NCBI GenBank assembly: GCA_050951805.1
Contig: JBMNJT010000002.1
Location: 192,001 to 256,000 of the forward strand
Direction: 5' to 3'
Source: Bacillota bacterium
Lineage (GTDB): Bacteria; Bacillota; DTU025
Length of the DNA: 64,000 nt
Below are positions 39,930-50,319 of the stretch, one piece after another (within the stretch, counting starts at the first letter, position 1; each line of letters begins with the position of its first letter). A program made the position numbers and the translations under genes. The notes beneath the pieces are model-generated. The model did no database searches and had not been told where the DNA came from. It was given only the letters and a program-made list of their open reading frames with translations.

Positions 39930-41198
39930 ATGACCAAAAACATGAGCAGGTACGGTGCGTTGTTGCTCGCAGTCGTGCTTCTCGTAGGACTCTCCTGCAA
40001 CGTAGCGGCGCAGAAGAAGGTCACGATCGTGCACTGGCAGCATCACTCTCCTGCGCGGCTCGAACTGGTCCAGACCTTCGCAGAGGAGTTCATGAAGCAG
40101 AACCCTAACGTCAAGATAGAGATCGAATCGGTACCTGAAAGCGACTACTTCCAGAAGCTTCTTCCGGCGCTTGCCGCAGGATCAGGTCCCGACACGTTCC
40201 AGATTCCCACAGGCCAGGTGCCAGCGTATGCCGCCTCAGGCGTCATTCAGCAGATTGACCCGAGAGTGGCCACCGCCCGGCAGATTGAGAACGATTTTAT
40301 CGCGCCGGCAATCAAGAGGCTTAAGTATGATGGGAAATACTACGGTTTTCCCGTTGACACGCAGACGATAGTCTTGTTCTACAACCCGAAGCTCTTCAAA
40401 GAAGCTGGGCTTGACCCCGCAAGACCTCCGCAGACATGGGACGAGTTGATAAAGTATGCGCAGGCAATTCACAAGCGGGATGTCAAGGGCGTTACAACGC
40501 AAATGGGCGTTGCTACAGGCGGATATGGCCCCGTGTTGGTCTCTCTCATGATTCAAAATGGAGCTCCGCTTTGGGATAACAAGACGCAGCTCCCCGATTT
40601 CAACTCTCCACAAGCCATAGAAGCGCTGAAGTTTGCGACGGACATGGTGACTACGTACAAAGTTGAGGATCCCCAGTTTGGCCAGAGATACAATGCGTTC
40701 CGACAGGACAAGTTGGGAATGGTGTTCGGACACCCAGCCATGATAGGCAGTTTCAGGACCACGGCGCCCAATCTTGACTTTTTGGTGGCTGAGGTCCCTG
40801 CACCGAAGGCTGGCGGATCCCGCTCCACGCTGCTCACTTCGTGGGCTTATGTGGTGTCAAGCAAGGCGGAGTCGGAAATCTGCTCCAAGTGGGTGGCATA
40901 CCTGACTTCGGCAGATGCGCAGAAACGTTGGACGTTGACCACTGGCGAGCTGCCTTCGAGGAGAGCTCTGCTCGACCTGCCGGAATACAAGAGCGACAAG
41001 CTGTTGGCTCCTTGTATGGAATCGATGAAGAAATCAGTGCCCGCGCCATGGACTACCAGGAGTCTCGATGATGAGCTGGTAAGGAAGGCCTATCAGATGG
41101 TGACGCTGAAGGGCGAGAGTCCTGCAGCTGCCCTGAAGTGGCTAACGCAAGAGGGCATAAAGGCTGAAAAGGAGCAACAGGAACTGGCAAAGCCATAG
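39930..41198 (+). CDS. Carbohydrate ABC substrate-binding protein
   Basis: Signal peptide; 'GPD', 'YGFP', 'LFYN..LF..AGL', 'PQTWDEL', 'PSR'. Confidence 0.92.
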   Translation: MTKNMSRYGALLLAVVLLVGLSCNVAAQKKVTIVHWQHHSPARLELVQTFAEEFMKQNPNVKIEIESVPESDYFQKLLPALAAGSGPDTFQIPTGQVPAYAASGVIQQIDPRVATARQIENDFIAPAIKRLKYDGKYYGFPVDTQTIVLFYNPKLFKEAGLDPARPPQTWDELIKYAQAIHKRDVKGVTTQMGVATGGYGPVLVSLMIQNGAPLWDNKTQLPDFNSPQAIEALKFATDMVTTYKVEDPQFGQRYNAFRQDKLGMVFGHPAMIGSFRTTAPNLDFLVAEVPAPKAGGSRSTLLTSWAYVVSSKAESEICSKWVAYLTSADAQKRWTLTTGELPSRRALLDLPEYKSDKLLAPCMESMKKSVPAPWTTRSLDDELVRKAYQMVTLKGESPAAALKWLTQEGIKAEKEQQELAKP

Positions 41199-41411
41199 TA
41201 AGCTGCGGACCGGGATGTATTGCACAACTTCATCTCTATGTGGGACTGTCCCCACGTGGGTGAGAGCGCACATCCGGTTGTGATTCTGTAGAGGTTGTGG
41301 CACATGGAATTCGCGCAGATGTGCGGGGCCGGGTGTTGGCATCCTGGTCCCGCACATCTCGCATCCAGATGTCCGGTCCCAGCTCGGCTTGGATAAGGAG
41401 GTTGATGCGCC

Positions 41412-42344
41412 GTGAGCGCAGAGGCGACAACAATTCCACCACGAAACGGCAATGAGCGCAAGTACAAGTGGTATCGCTTTCAAAAGGCCAGCGCCCCGTA
41501 TATCTTCATACTGCCTGGGGTAGTGTTTTACCTCATGGTCACGATTGTGCCGATGATAACGGGGTTCTGGATGAGTTTCCACAATTGGAACATTATCCGT
41601 CCGACACAGCCTTGGGTGGGTCTTGCCAATTACCGCAAACTCTTTGCAGACCCGCTGTTTTGGACGGCCATGAAGAACACGCTTACATATTCGATAGGCG
41701 TGGTTCCCTTGCAGATGATCCTGGCGCTGCTTGTTGCGCTCCTGTTAAACACCGGGATTAAGGGGAAGAAGTTTTTCAGGCTTCTGTACTATCTGCCTGT
41801 GATTACTCCGCTATCGATTGCGGCGGTTATCTGGACCTGGATATACCATCCCAATCTCGGCATATTCAACCAGATAGTCAAGTTTATCGGGCTGGCGCCC
41901 CAGGATTGGTTGGGCGATCCGGCTTGGGCGATGTTCTCGGTGATTCTCGTCGCCATATGGTCGGGAATCGGGTATCGCATGGTTGTGTACCTCGCGGCCT
42001 TGCAGGGCATACCTCGGAGTTACTACGAGGCAGCAGAGATAGACGGGGCAGGGAATTGGGACGCTTTCAGATACATCACGCTTCCGTTGCTCAAGCCCAC
42101 TACCCTGTATATCTTGGTCACAAGCGTAATCAGTTCGTTCCAGGTGTTCGGACTTGTGAACGTGCTGACCGGAGGCGGCCCGCTTGATGCGACGCAAGTT
42201 GTTGTGTCGTACATATTCAAGAGGGCTTTTGGTGACCTCCAATTCGGACTTGCGGCGGCGATGTCGTTTGTTCTGTTCGGAATAATCCTCGTAATCACGC
42301 TGATACAGTGGAAGTTTCTTGGAAAGGAGGTCACGTACGAATGA
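41412..42344 (+). CDS. Carbohydrate ABC permease
   Basis: 'GLANY', EAA loop 'YEAAEIDGA', 'TLPLLKP'. Confidence 0.93.
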   Translation: MSAEATTIPPRNGNERKYKWYRFQKASAPYIFILPGVVFYLMVTIVPMITGFWMSFHNWNIIRPTQPWVGLANYRKLFADPLFWTAMKNTLTYSIGVVPLQMILALLVALLLNTGIKGKKFFRLLYYLPVITPLSIAAVIWTWIYHPNLGIFNQIVKFIGLAPQDWLGDPAWAMFSVILVAIWSGIGYRMVVYLAALQGIPRSYYEAAEIDGAGNWDAFRYITLPLLKPTTLYILVTSVISSFQVFGLVNVLTGGGPLDATQVVVSYIFKRAFGDLQFGLAAAMSFVLFGIILVITLIQWKFLGKEVTYE

Positions 42345-43243
42345 GCGCAAATGTCAACAGCAGCACCCTCGATTCCGCCTTGCGTAACCAGAAGAATCAA
42401 GGCCCGGCAAAGGCATCGAAGTGGGGGAAGATTATCGGAAAAGTGCTCGCGTATATCGTCGTGACCTTGGGCGCCATCATGATGGCTCTGCCCTTTGTGT
42501 GGCTCATATTGTCGTCCTTTAAGACTTTGGAGGAGATATCGCTCTTTCCTCCGACGTTCTTTCCGAAGAACCCTACTTTGTCGAATTTCCGAGAGGTTTT
42601 CGAGAGGATACCGTTTGCCCGTTACTACATGAACAGCATCATCACGTCGGTGATACCCACGGTTGTCACGGTGATAACCTGTTCCATGGCGGGCTTCGGG
42701 TTCGCGAAGTACAAGTTTGCCGGAAGGGACGTGTTGTTCTGGGTCATACTCGCTACCATGATGGTTCCTTTTCCAGCCACGATAGTGCCGCTTTACGTGA
42801 TGATGGCCAAAGCCGGGCTGGTAAACACATACGCGGGTCTGATCATAGTGGGTCTTTCGAGTGCGTCGGGGATATTCATGATGAGACAGTTCATGATGAC
42901 AATACCTGACGAGCTTCTCGATGCTGCGCGCATCGACGGCGCCAGCGAGTTTCGAATCTTCAACCAGATCGTGATTCCGCTAGTAAAGCCTGCTTTGGCT
43001 ACTCAGACCCTTTTCACGTTTACGGGGCATTGGGGGGCCTATATATGGCCGCTCATATGCGTGAACTCGGATAAACTGCGTACGTTGCCGCTGGCGATCC
43101 CCTATTTTTCGGGGCAGTATTTCAGTTATCAGAACTTGATCAATGCGGCGTCACTCATGGCAATTGCGCCTGTGTTGATCCTTTTCCTGTTCACGCAACG
43201 CTACTTCGTGGAGGGCATAACGATAACAGGAATGAAGGGCTAG
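42341..43243 (+). CDS. Carbohydrate ABC permease
   Basis: 'SSFK', 'DAARIDGA', 'QRYFVEG...G.KG'. Confidence 0.93.
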   Translation: MSANVNSSTLDSALRNQKNQGPAKASKWGKIIGKVLAYIVVTLGAIMMALPFVWLILSSFKTLEEISLFPPTFFPKNPTLSNFREVFERIPFARYYMNSIITSVIPTVVTVITCSMAGFGFAKYKFAGRDVLFWVILATMMVPFPATIVPLYVMMAKAGLVNTYAGLIIVGLSSASGIFMMRQFMMTIPDELLDAARIDGASEFRIFNQIVIPLVKPALATQTLFTFTGHWGAYIWPLICVNSDKLRTLPLAIPYFSGQYFSYQNLINAASLMAIAPVLILFLFTQRYFVEGITITGMKG

Positions 43244-43368
43244 AAGGCGAGTTTCAGGTTATGAGAAAGCAGGGCGCCCGGTACGTTCTTCCAGGGCCAA
43301 CTCGCAACGGCCCCGGTTGGCGCCTTGCCCGAACATCTCATGACGCTATGATGAGGGGGGTATTACTA

Positions 43369-46182
43369 ATGATCCGGGTTTTTGCAGGCAGAGTGCGCCC
43401 GCAAGGGCGGCGACCTGTAAGGTCGGCAACGGTCGTGGCTGCGCTGGTCCTCTGCCTGATGATAATGGCATTCGGACCCGCTGACCACGGGGCGAATGCC
43501 GGAGTGCTTACATGGCTCTGCCCCGGCTCATGTTCTGCCGGGGAGAACGTGGCCGCACGCAACGTCATATTGTTCATCGGAGACGGGATGGGACCTGGGC
43601 AGATCGAGGCTGCCCGCGATGTGAGTCCGTTCATGTTGTCTATGGATTTTATGCCCGTGATGACAAGGATAACTACAAACTCGTGGGGAGACAACCTTAC
43701 TGACTCAGCCGCGAGTTCGACCGCTCTTGCCACCGGGCACAAGACGGTCAATCGGTCGCTCGGCGTGCTCCCTGATGGAACGCCAGTGCCCAACATAGTG
43801 GAAGCTGCCAAGGAGAGTGGGCGATACACCGGATTGGTCAGCACCTGTTCGATAACGGACGCAACTCCTGCGGGGTTTTCGGTCCATGTTGCCGATCGCG
43901 GAAGCGGGCGTGAGATAGCTGCGGCAATGTTGGAGACCGGTCTAGATCTGATAGTCGGGGGAGGAGCCTCTTACTTTTTGCCGACGCTCTTTGAAAAGAC
44001 TCCTCCGCCCATAGAGGTGGCGCGCAGCAAGGGATATACCGTAGTCCAGAACAAGGAGGATTTCCTCAACGCATCGTCGGTTCCGCTTTTAGGGCTGTTT
44101 TCCATGACCCATATGGATTACGACGTTCAGAGAAATCCTGACGAGCAGCCCAGTCTTGCCGAGATGACTGCCAAGGCCATAGAACTCCTTTCATCAACAG
44201 AAGGTGAAGGGTTCTTCCTCATGATAGAGGGAGGCAGGATAGACCATGCCTGCCACAACAATGATGCCGAGATGCTCATCAGCGAGATGCTGGCTTTCGA
44301 CAAGGCGGTCTCAGTTGGGCTGGAGTATGCGTCTGGACGCGACGACACCCTGGTCATAGTGACGGCCGACCATGAAACAGGGGGAGTCGATGTCTCCAGC
44401 GGAGAGATACAGTTCAGCACCGATGGACACACCACGGAACCAGTATTTCTGTTTGCGCAGGGCAAGTGTTCTGAACTGTTTGCATCTGCGTCTGACAATA
44501 CTGATGTGGCGAAGCTAATGGCCATGGCCATGCAGGTCAACTTGGGAGAGGTGTACACGGTGGAAGAGGGACTAGCCGGGGCCACCGAAAAAGAAGCGCC
44601 CATAGAAGAAGATGGGACTAACGGTGCCGTCTCTTGCGTCGAAGAACAATCGCGTGCATCGGTCGGCCTTCGTGAGCGCCCAAGGCTTGAAGTGAAACCC
44701 GCACACCGAGTCAATGTTATGACATACAACATACATAGTGGGTTTGGAGCAGATCTCGTGCTCGATCTCGATAGAATTGCTGACCTCATTTCGGAGCAGA
44801 AGGTTGATATCGCAGGCATGTGCGAGGTCGACTGCAAAACGGGAAGATCGGGCGGGGTAGACCAAGCCGCATACATCGCCTCAAGGCTCGGATACGAGCA
44901 CGTGTACGGCCGCACCATCTATTATGGCGGCGGACAGTTCGGCAACGCGCTAATCTCTCGTTACCCTATCCGTTCATGGTGCAATCACCAGCTTCCTAAC
45001 CCGGCAGGGAACGAGCCTAGGGCGGTCCTTGAAGCTCAGGTCGATGTGGACGGAACAATTCTCAACGTTTTCGTCACGCACCTGGATGTGAAGGATGAGA
45101 CGGGCCGTCGTGCGCAGGTTGGCGCCTTGCTTGACATCGCGTCCAAAGCGGTGGGGCCGAGCGTGATAATGGGAGATTTCAACGCGTCTCCCTACGCAGA
45201 TGAAATATCTTTGGCGTTGCACGAGTTCAACGACACTATGCCTACGTACAGGGTCCTTGTGAACAGCGATGAGCTGGTCAAGGAGGGACTGTTCGCCAGG
45301 GATTACCTAAAGGGAGGATATACATACGACGCTTATAGCCCCGCGCGGCGCATCGACTACATATTTACTTCCTTTGACATCGGCATAGTGGATGAACCGG
45401 GAGCGGCCAGAGTTCCGCAGACCCTCGCATCCGATCATCTGCCATACATTGCCGCCATAGAAGTGCCCAGTGCCGACTGGTCCGGGCAGAACGATATGAC
45501 GGATGCGGCTCGGACTCCGCTGGTTACGGTTTTTACGAGCCGGGCAAATGAAGAGTGGTATGAAGACATGCGATGGGATTGGCAGTACCACATAAACGCC
45601 ATATTCGACGTGGTAGAAGAGGCGGGATACGAGTGTGTCGAGGTTGCTGAGGACAACATCGAAGTCCTTTGGCAGGTGGCGCAAGTGCGCCCCACGACAC
45701 TCATACTGTCCAATGCGAGGCGGATGTCGGACGCCCAGTTGCAGGCTGTTCGGGATTTTGTGGCGGCAGGTGGAAGAGTGCTGGCAACCGGACAGACCTC
45801 TCTTAAATCTGTAGATGAGAAGGCGTCTGGCGCCCACGGTTTCTACCTCGCTGATCTGTTTGGCGCTTCGTTCGTAGGGTGGCAGGGGGTTGCTCCCTTG
45901 CACAGCATCATCATGCCGACAAGTGACGGAGGCGTACTCGAGTCGCCAATAGAGGTTGCCGATTCTCGCGCGATCATAGTAAGGCGCCTTCCAGGCACTT
46001 GCGAATTGGGCACATGGGCAGATGACGATGGCAGTCCTAGCCATGCTGATGAATACAACTCCGCTGTGGTGTTGTCGGGGCGCGTGATTTATGTAGGCTG
46101 TGATATTTTCGCGCCTGAAATGCTTTCAGATGATGTGAGATCATTTGTGACAGACGCATTGGATGCACTTTTCCAGCTTTAA
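43369..46182 (+). CDS. Exported fusion: alkaline phosphatase + EEP + class I GATase-like (beta-galactosidase trimerisation-like) domain
   Basis: PhoA motifs 'IGDGMG', 'TDSAA', 'EGGRIDH..H', 'ADHETGG'. EEP motifs 'TYNIH', 'THL', 'GDFN', 'RIDYIF', 'SDH'. C-terminal 'ILSNA..MS......FV..GG..LATG.T'. Confidence 0.85.
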   Translation: MIRVFAGRVRPQGRRPVRSATVVAALVLCLMIMAFGPADHGANAGVLTWLCPGSCSAGENVAARNVILFIGDGMGPGQIEAARDVSPFMLSMDFMPVMTRITTNSWGDNLTDSAASSTALATGHKTVNRSLGVLPDGTPVPNIVEAAKESGRYTGLVSTCSITDATPAGFSVHVADRGSGREIAAAMLETGLDLIVGGGASYFLPTLFEKTPPPIEVARSKGYTVVQNKEDFLNASSVPLLGLFSMTHMDYDVQRNPDEQPSLAEMTAKAIELLSSTEGEGFFLMIEGGRIDHACHNNDAEMLISEMLAFDKAVSVGLEYASGRDDTLVIVTADHETGGVDVSSGEIQFSTDGHTTEPVFLFAQGKCSELFASASDNTDVAKLMAMAMQVNLGEVYTVEEGLAGATEKEAPIEEDGTNGAVSCVEEQSRASVGLRERPRLEVKPAHRVNVMTYNIHSGFGADLVLDLDRIADLISEQKVDIAGMCEVDCKTGRSGGVDQAAYIASRLGYEHVYGRTIYYGGGQFGNALISRYPIRSWCNHQLPNPAGNEPRAVLEAQVDVDGTILNVFVTHLDVKDETGRRAQVGALLDIASKAVGPSVIMGDFNASPYADEISLALHEFNDTMPTYRVLVNSDELVKEGLFARDYLKGGYTYDAYSPARRIDYIFTSFDIGIVDEPGAARVPQTLASDHLPYIAAIEVPSADWSGQNDMTDAARTPLVTVFTSRANEEWYEDMRWDWQYHINAIFDVVEEAGYECVEVAEDNIEVLWQVAQVRPTTLILSNARRMSDAQLQAVRDFVAAGGRVLATGQTSLKSVDEKASGAHGFYLADLFGASFVGWQGVAPLHSIIMPTSDGGVLESPIEVADSRAIIVRRLPGTCELGTWADDDGSPSHADEYNSAVVLSGRVIYVGCDIFAPEMLSDDVRSFVTDALDALFQL

Positions 46183-46285
46183 CTCGTGCTGTTGCTGTAC
46201 GGACCATCAGTGCAAGAGCTTTCGGAAATTGTGCAACACAACATGAAGGGTTGGGGACGGCGCAGGGCGCCGAGGAACAGGGGGA

Positions 46286-48646
46286 ATGTGCATGCCCCAG
46301 ATGCAAAACAGCAGAATCCGCATTGAAGTAGATGGAAAGACCGGAGAAGTCAGAAGCATATTCAATATTGTATCTCGTGACGAGTTGGTGAAGTGGCCTG
46401 AGGCCGTGCACGGCGCTCCCCTTCGGATCGTATGCCGCGATTTGCAAGGGCACAGGCGTGTATTTGCTCCAGGGCCCGCGTCAATTGCCACTGCAACAAA
46501 GTTTGACGGTGTGGGCAAGTTGGCCTTGAACGTGGAGCATCGAACGGTGGTGGCCAGCGGTGAGGCCATAACGCCGTGTATTGGATCTGGTGGCGAGGAG
46601 GATGACGCGTCGGGTCTCCTCGGGTGCGGTAGAGGCGAAGACGAGATCGAGATTGCGTGTTCGTGGAGCGTTGAACTGGATGAAGAGAATCCGGAGATTT
46701 CGAAGTGGGCATTGTCCGTTGATAACCGCTCACAAGATTACGAGGTCATAGAGGTTCTCTTTCCGTATGTCCGCGGAATCCAGGTAGGCGTAGCACCGGA
46801 GGACAGCATCCTCATTTTCCCGCACCATGCTGGCGAGAAGATTGAGAACCCGGCAAGTCGGCTTGCATCCGATAGATATATGAAGTTTTGGCGAGCAGAG
46901 AGCCGTATTGAGCCCGACGGGACTTATTCCCGAGAGATCAACTACTGTGGACTTGCGTCAATGATGTGGATGGATTGTTACGATCGGAATGGTTCGGGCG
47001 GACTATACATGGCCTCATACGACAGTGACTTCATACTGACCGGGATCAGGAGCGAGACCGGGGGGCCAGATGATCCCTGGTGTGGATTTGGGTTCAGAAA
47101 ATACGTGCCCATTGGGCCGGGAGAGGTGTGGAGCTCGCACCCATACGTTCTTGGGGTTCATTCAGGCGATTGGCACTGGGCTTCTGAGCAATACAGATCA
47201 TGGGCTGAGGAGCATTTGACTGTGACTCGTGTCCCCGACGACTTGGCGCGCGAGTCGGCAATCTGTCCACGCTACGATTTCAAGAACGGCCAGACCGTGA
47301 GGAACAGATTTGTTGACATTCCGGAGATGTATGGGACTGCTCACCGTGAGCATATCAACCATTTTCTCATATCCGGCTGGAACAGGCAGGGGTTTGACAC
47401 CGATTATCCGGAGTTCATCCCCGACATGGAGCTGGGCAGTTCGTGGCAGCTGAGAGAGGGCTGCAGGCACGTGAGGAGCGAGGGCGGATTCACCACCTTC
47501 TACATCAACGTTCGCCTTTTCGATACTGAGTCCAAGTTCTTCGATTCCCTGGGAAGAGCGTGGGCCGCAAAGGGATTGAGCGGCGAGATCACCCATGAGA
47601 TGTATGGGCCTCGGACATTTGCAGTCCTTTGTCCCGGCTGTGGCGACTGGCAGGATTGGGCGGTCGACACTGCATCGTGGATGGTCGACGCCTTCGGGGC
47701 AAGAGGCATCTACCTCGATCAACTGGGGTCGGCTACTCCGTTGCCATGCTACGATTCGGGCCACGAGCACGTGAAGGTGGGGAATCGCGGGGAACGGCCG
47801 CATCATGGCCTCTATAACCACGGGTACGTGAAGATGATAGAAAGGATCAAGGAGAGATGCCGCCTGATAGATCCATCATCCTTTCTGATGATTGAGAATT
47901 GCGGCGATGTTTATAGCCAGTACCTATATGCAAACCTGACCTGGAATGGCGAGGAATACGATGAGTTCTTCAACATGTACAAGTACACGTTCCCTGAGTT
48001 TATCCAGGTAAACATGGTAAATCCCAGACGAATCGACGACCGCGACCTTCGTTATGCCTGGTTCTTCCGGGACTTGGCCCGGGCATTCGTGCTTGGGTCG
48101 GTATTCTGGATGGAGCTTGGAGACCGTTTCGGGCCCGGAAACGAAGAATTGCGCGAAGAAGCTCTGGAGGCGCTGCGCCTGCGACAACAGGCTGCCCCCT
48201 ACATTGCTCGTGGTACTTATAGGGACGACTTGGGGCTGGCCTTTATCGGCGAATGCGACACTGCGCCAGATCCGGCGCCGAGGATTTGGTGGGATGACGA
48301 GGACGGTTCCGAGGGTCTGGAAGGCAGTTTTGGGCATAGCTGCGATTGGACGTGCTTGCCATTTAGTGATCTTATATCGGTCACTGCCAGTCGCTGGACT
48401 CTGGCCGGGGGAGGAGTCCTTATCCTCATGTCTAACCCGCAGAGGTTGAAGGGGAAGCGTGTCTGGGTGGAAGACGGGTGCGGAGGGACGCGATTTCGGG
48501 AAGCAGGCGCCATGCAATCCAGTACGAGCTCGGAGGTGTGCGATCCGACCTGGAGGTTGTCATCGATGATAGGGGAGGAGTCACTCTGGAGGTCCCCGAG
48601 TCGAGGCTTTCGTTTATTGCAGTGCTTCCCAAAGAGATGGTCATAG
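46286..48646 (+). CDS. DUF6259-like putative glycoside hydrolase (probable frameshift near the 3' end)
   Basis: 'GW...GFD..YP', 'FYIN', 'LCP', 'GIYLDQ', 'ENCGD'. Confidence 0.7.
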   Translation: MCMPQMQNSRIRIEVDGKTGEVRSIFNIVSRDELVKWPEAVHGAPLRIVCRDLQGHRRVFAPGPASIATATKFDGVGKLALNVEHRTVVASGEAITPCIGSGGEEDDASGLLGCGRGEDEIEIACSWSVELDEENPEISKWALSVDNRSQDYEVIEVLFPYVRGIQVGVAPEDSILIFPHHAGEKIENPASRLASDRYMKFWRAESRIEPDGTYSREINYCGLASMMWMDCYDRNGSGGLYMASYDSDFILTGIRSETGGPDDPWCGFGFRKYVPIGPGEVWSSHPYVLGVHSGDWHWASEQYRSWAEEHLTVTRVPDDLARESAICPRYDFKNGQTVRNRFVDIPEMYGTAHREHINHFLISGWNRQGFDTDYPEFIPDMELGSSWQLREGCRHVRSEGGFTTFYINVRLFDTESKFFDSLGRAWAAKGLSGEITHEMYGPRTFAVLCPGCGDWQDWAVDTASWMVDAFGARGIYLDQLGSATPLPCYDSGHEHVKVGNRGERPHHGLYNHGYVKMIERIKERCRLIDPSSFLMIENCGDVYSQYLYANLTWNGEEYDEFFNMYKYTFPEFIQVNMVNPRRIDDRDLRYAWFFRDLARAFVLGSVFWMELGDRFGPGNEELREEALEALRLRQQAAPYIARGTYRDDLGLAFIGECDTAPDPAPRIWWDDEDGSEGLEGSFGHSCDWTCLPFSDLISVTASRWTLAGGGVLILMSNPQRLKGKRVWVEDGCGGTRFREAGAMQSSTSSEVCDPTWRLSSMIGEESLWRSPSRGFRLLQCFPKRWS

Positions 48647-48660
48647 GAGGACGATAGGCT

Positions 48661-49494
48661 TTGAATGCCGGAGAACGCCGCGAGGGAAGCGGCCCTGTTG
48701 ATATGCATATTCACACGAATGCGTCTGATGGGCAGCCTACAGCGGATGAAGTGTTGAAGCAGGCTAAGGCGAAGGGGCTTTCTATGGTGGCCATAACTGA
48801 TCACTATGACCCTTTCGCGGCGAAATACGGGGCCCAATCAGGAAATGTGTTCGATGACAAAAGCCTGGCGGAGCAGCTCAAGTGGAGAGACGGGCTTGCC
48901 GGGGAGGATGATATCGAGGTCTTCATCGGGATTGAGCGGGGGCCCATTCCGGTGGGAACCGCATCCCTGCCGATGCAGCCCGATTTCGTGATCGGAAGCG
49001 TGCACTATGTTACATCAAAGATCCCCGTTGAGCGTGGAAGGCTCTACGATGAGAGATACTGGCGCGCCTACATGGATGAGGTGCTGAGGGTAGCTTCAGA
49101 TCCCGAAGTGGACGTAATAGGACACATGGCAGGCTACCTGCCCATGGGGCAGATGTTGCTTCCCGGGTCCACCTTTGAGGAGAGGCGGCAGATGGAGCGC
49201 GAGATCGATGCCAGGTTCTTCTCGCGCGAGTGGTATGAAGACGTCTTCAGGGCGGCCTTGGCCAACAAGACGGCAATCGAGCTGCATTGTGCGACTTGCA
49301 CCCCCAGGATCGATATGGTCGAGTTGGGGCTGAAGATGGGGATAAAGTTCTCTGTGGGCAGCGATGCCCATAATGTTGAAAGAGTCGGCGAAGTGGCGTG
49401 GGCATATGATACTCTTCAGTCTATCGGCGGTGGACGGCACAATCTGTGGTGTCCGCTTCCTCAGACAAGAGTCGGTGCGCGCCCAGTCCGTTAG
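48661..49494 (+). CDS. PHP domain phosphoesterase
   Basis: 'DMHIHT..SDG', 'AITDH', 'GIE', 'GSVH', 'IGH', 'GSDAH'. Confidence 0.9.
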   Translation: MNAGERREGSGPVDMHIHTNASDGQPTADEVLKQAKAKGLSMVAITDHYDPFAAKYGAQSGNVFDDKSLAEQLKWRDGLAGEDDIEVFIGIERGPIPVGTASLPMQPDFVIGSVHYVTSKIPVERGRLYDERYWRAYMDEVLRVASDPEVDVIGHMAGYLPMGQMLLPGSTFEERRQMEREIDARFFSREWYEDVFRAALANKTAIELHCATCTPRIDMVELGLKMGIKFSVGSDAHNVERVGEVAWAYDTLQSIGGGRHNLWCPLPQTRVGARPVR

Positions 49495-49506
49495 GGGGTA
49501 GTCTAG

Positions 49507-50235
49507 GTGTTCGAGTATTTTGACGTCGTCCGATCTTTGCTGGACGAGGTTGAGCGGGCTGAGGCTGAGAATATGGAGGAGGCAGCCACGCTCATCGCGG
49601 AAGCTATTGCAGATGGGCGGGTGCTCCATTATTTCGCGGCCGGCCATTCTCACATGCTCGGAGAGGAGCTGTTTTACAGGGCAGGGGGACTTGTGCCTGT
49701 GAACGCCATCGTCGAGCCCGCGCTCATGGTTACTTTCGGCGCCGGCAAGAGCTCCCACATGGAGCGGCTTACAGGGCTTGCCAGGATCATACTTGATGAT
49801 GCAGGAGTAGGCAGCGGAGACGTCATGATCGTTGCATCCAATTCCGGAGTAAACCCTGTGCCGGTGGAAATGGCGGCCGAGGCCAAGTCCGACGGCGTAA
49901 AGGTGATAGGCTTGACGTCTGTCGAGGGTTCTCGGACCACTCCGGTCAGAAACAGCGTTGGCAAGCGACTTTATGAGATCGCCGACATCGTAATCGATAC
50001 GCACGTGCCATGGGGCGATGCGGCTATAGAGGTGGAAGGGGTTTCGCAGAAGACCGGACCTGTTTCGACGGTGATAGGGGCGGCGATACTCAACACTGTT
50101 GTAGTGCGGGTCATCGAGAGACTCGTGGAACGCGGAATCGACCCGCCTATCTTCATGAGCTCTAACGTACCAGGCGGATTGGAACATAACGAGGTATTGC
50201 TTAAACAGTATAGATCCAAGATCAAATCGTTTTGA
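49507..50235 (+). CDS. SIS domain protein (UPF0309/NagS-like)
   Basis: 'GHSH...E..YRAGG', 'ER', 'SNSG.N', 'GDA', 'SSN..GG'. Confidence 0.88.
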   Translation: MFEYFDVVRSLLDEVERAEAENMEEAATLIAEAIADGRVLHYFAAGHSHMLGEELFYRAGGLVPVNAIVEPALMVTFGAGKSSHMERLTGLARIILDDAGVGSGDVMIVASNSGVNPVPVEMAAEAKSDGVKVIGLTSVEGSRTTPVRNSVGKRLYEIADIVIDTHVPWGDAAIEVEGVSQKTGPVSTVIGAAILNTVVVRVIERLVERGIDPPIFMSSNVPGGLEHNEVLLKQYRSKIKSF

Positions 50236-50319
50236 TAGGCGGAAGGCTAGCCGCTGTTGGACGCTGGTTACTGGGCTGCGAGGCCCTTCATTGACCAAAG
50301 GTTGGGAGGACTGATTGGA

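Noticed and set aside
49096-50298. 400-aa antisense ORF and similar long shadow ORFs
   Set aside because: They lie opposite well-supported genes in GC-rich DNA and carry no motifs.
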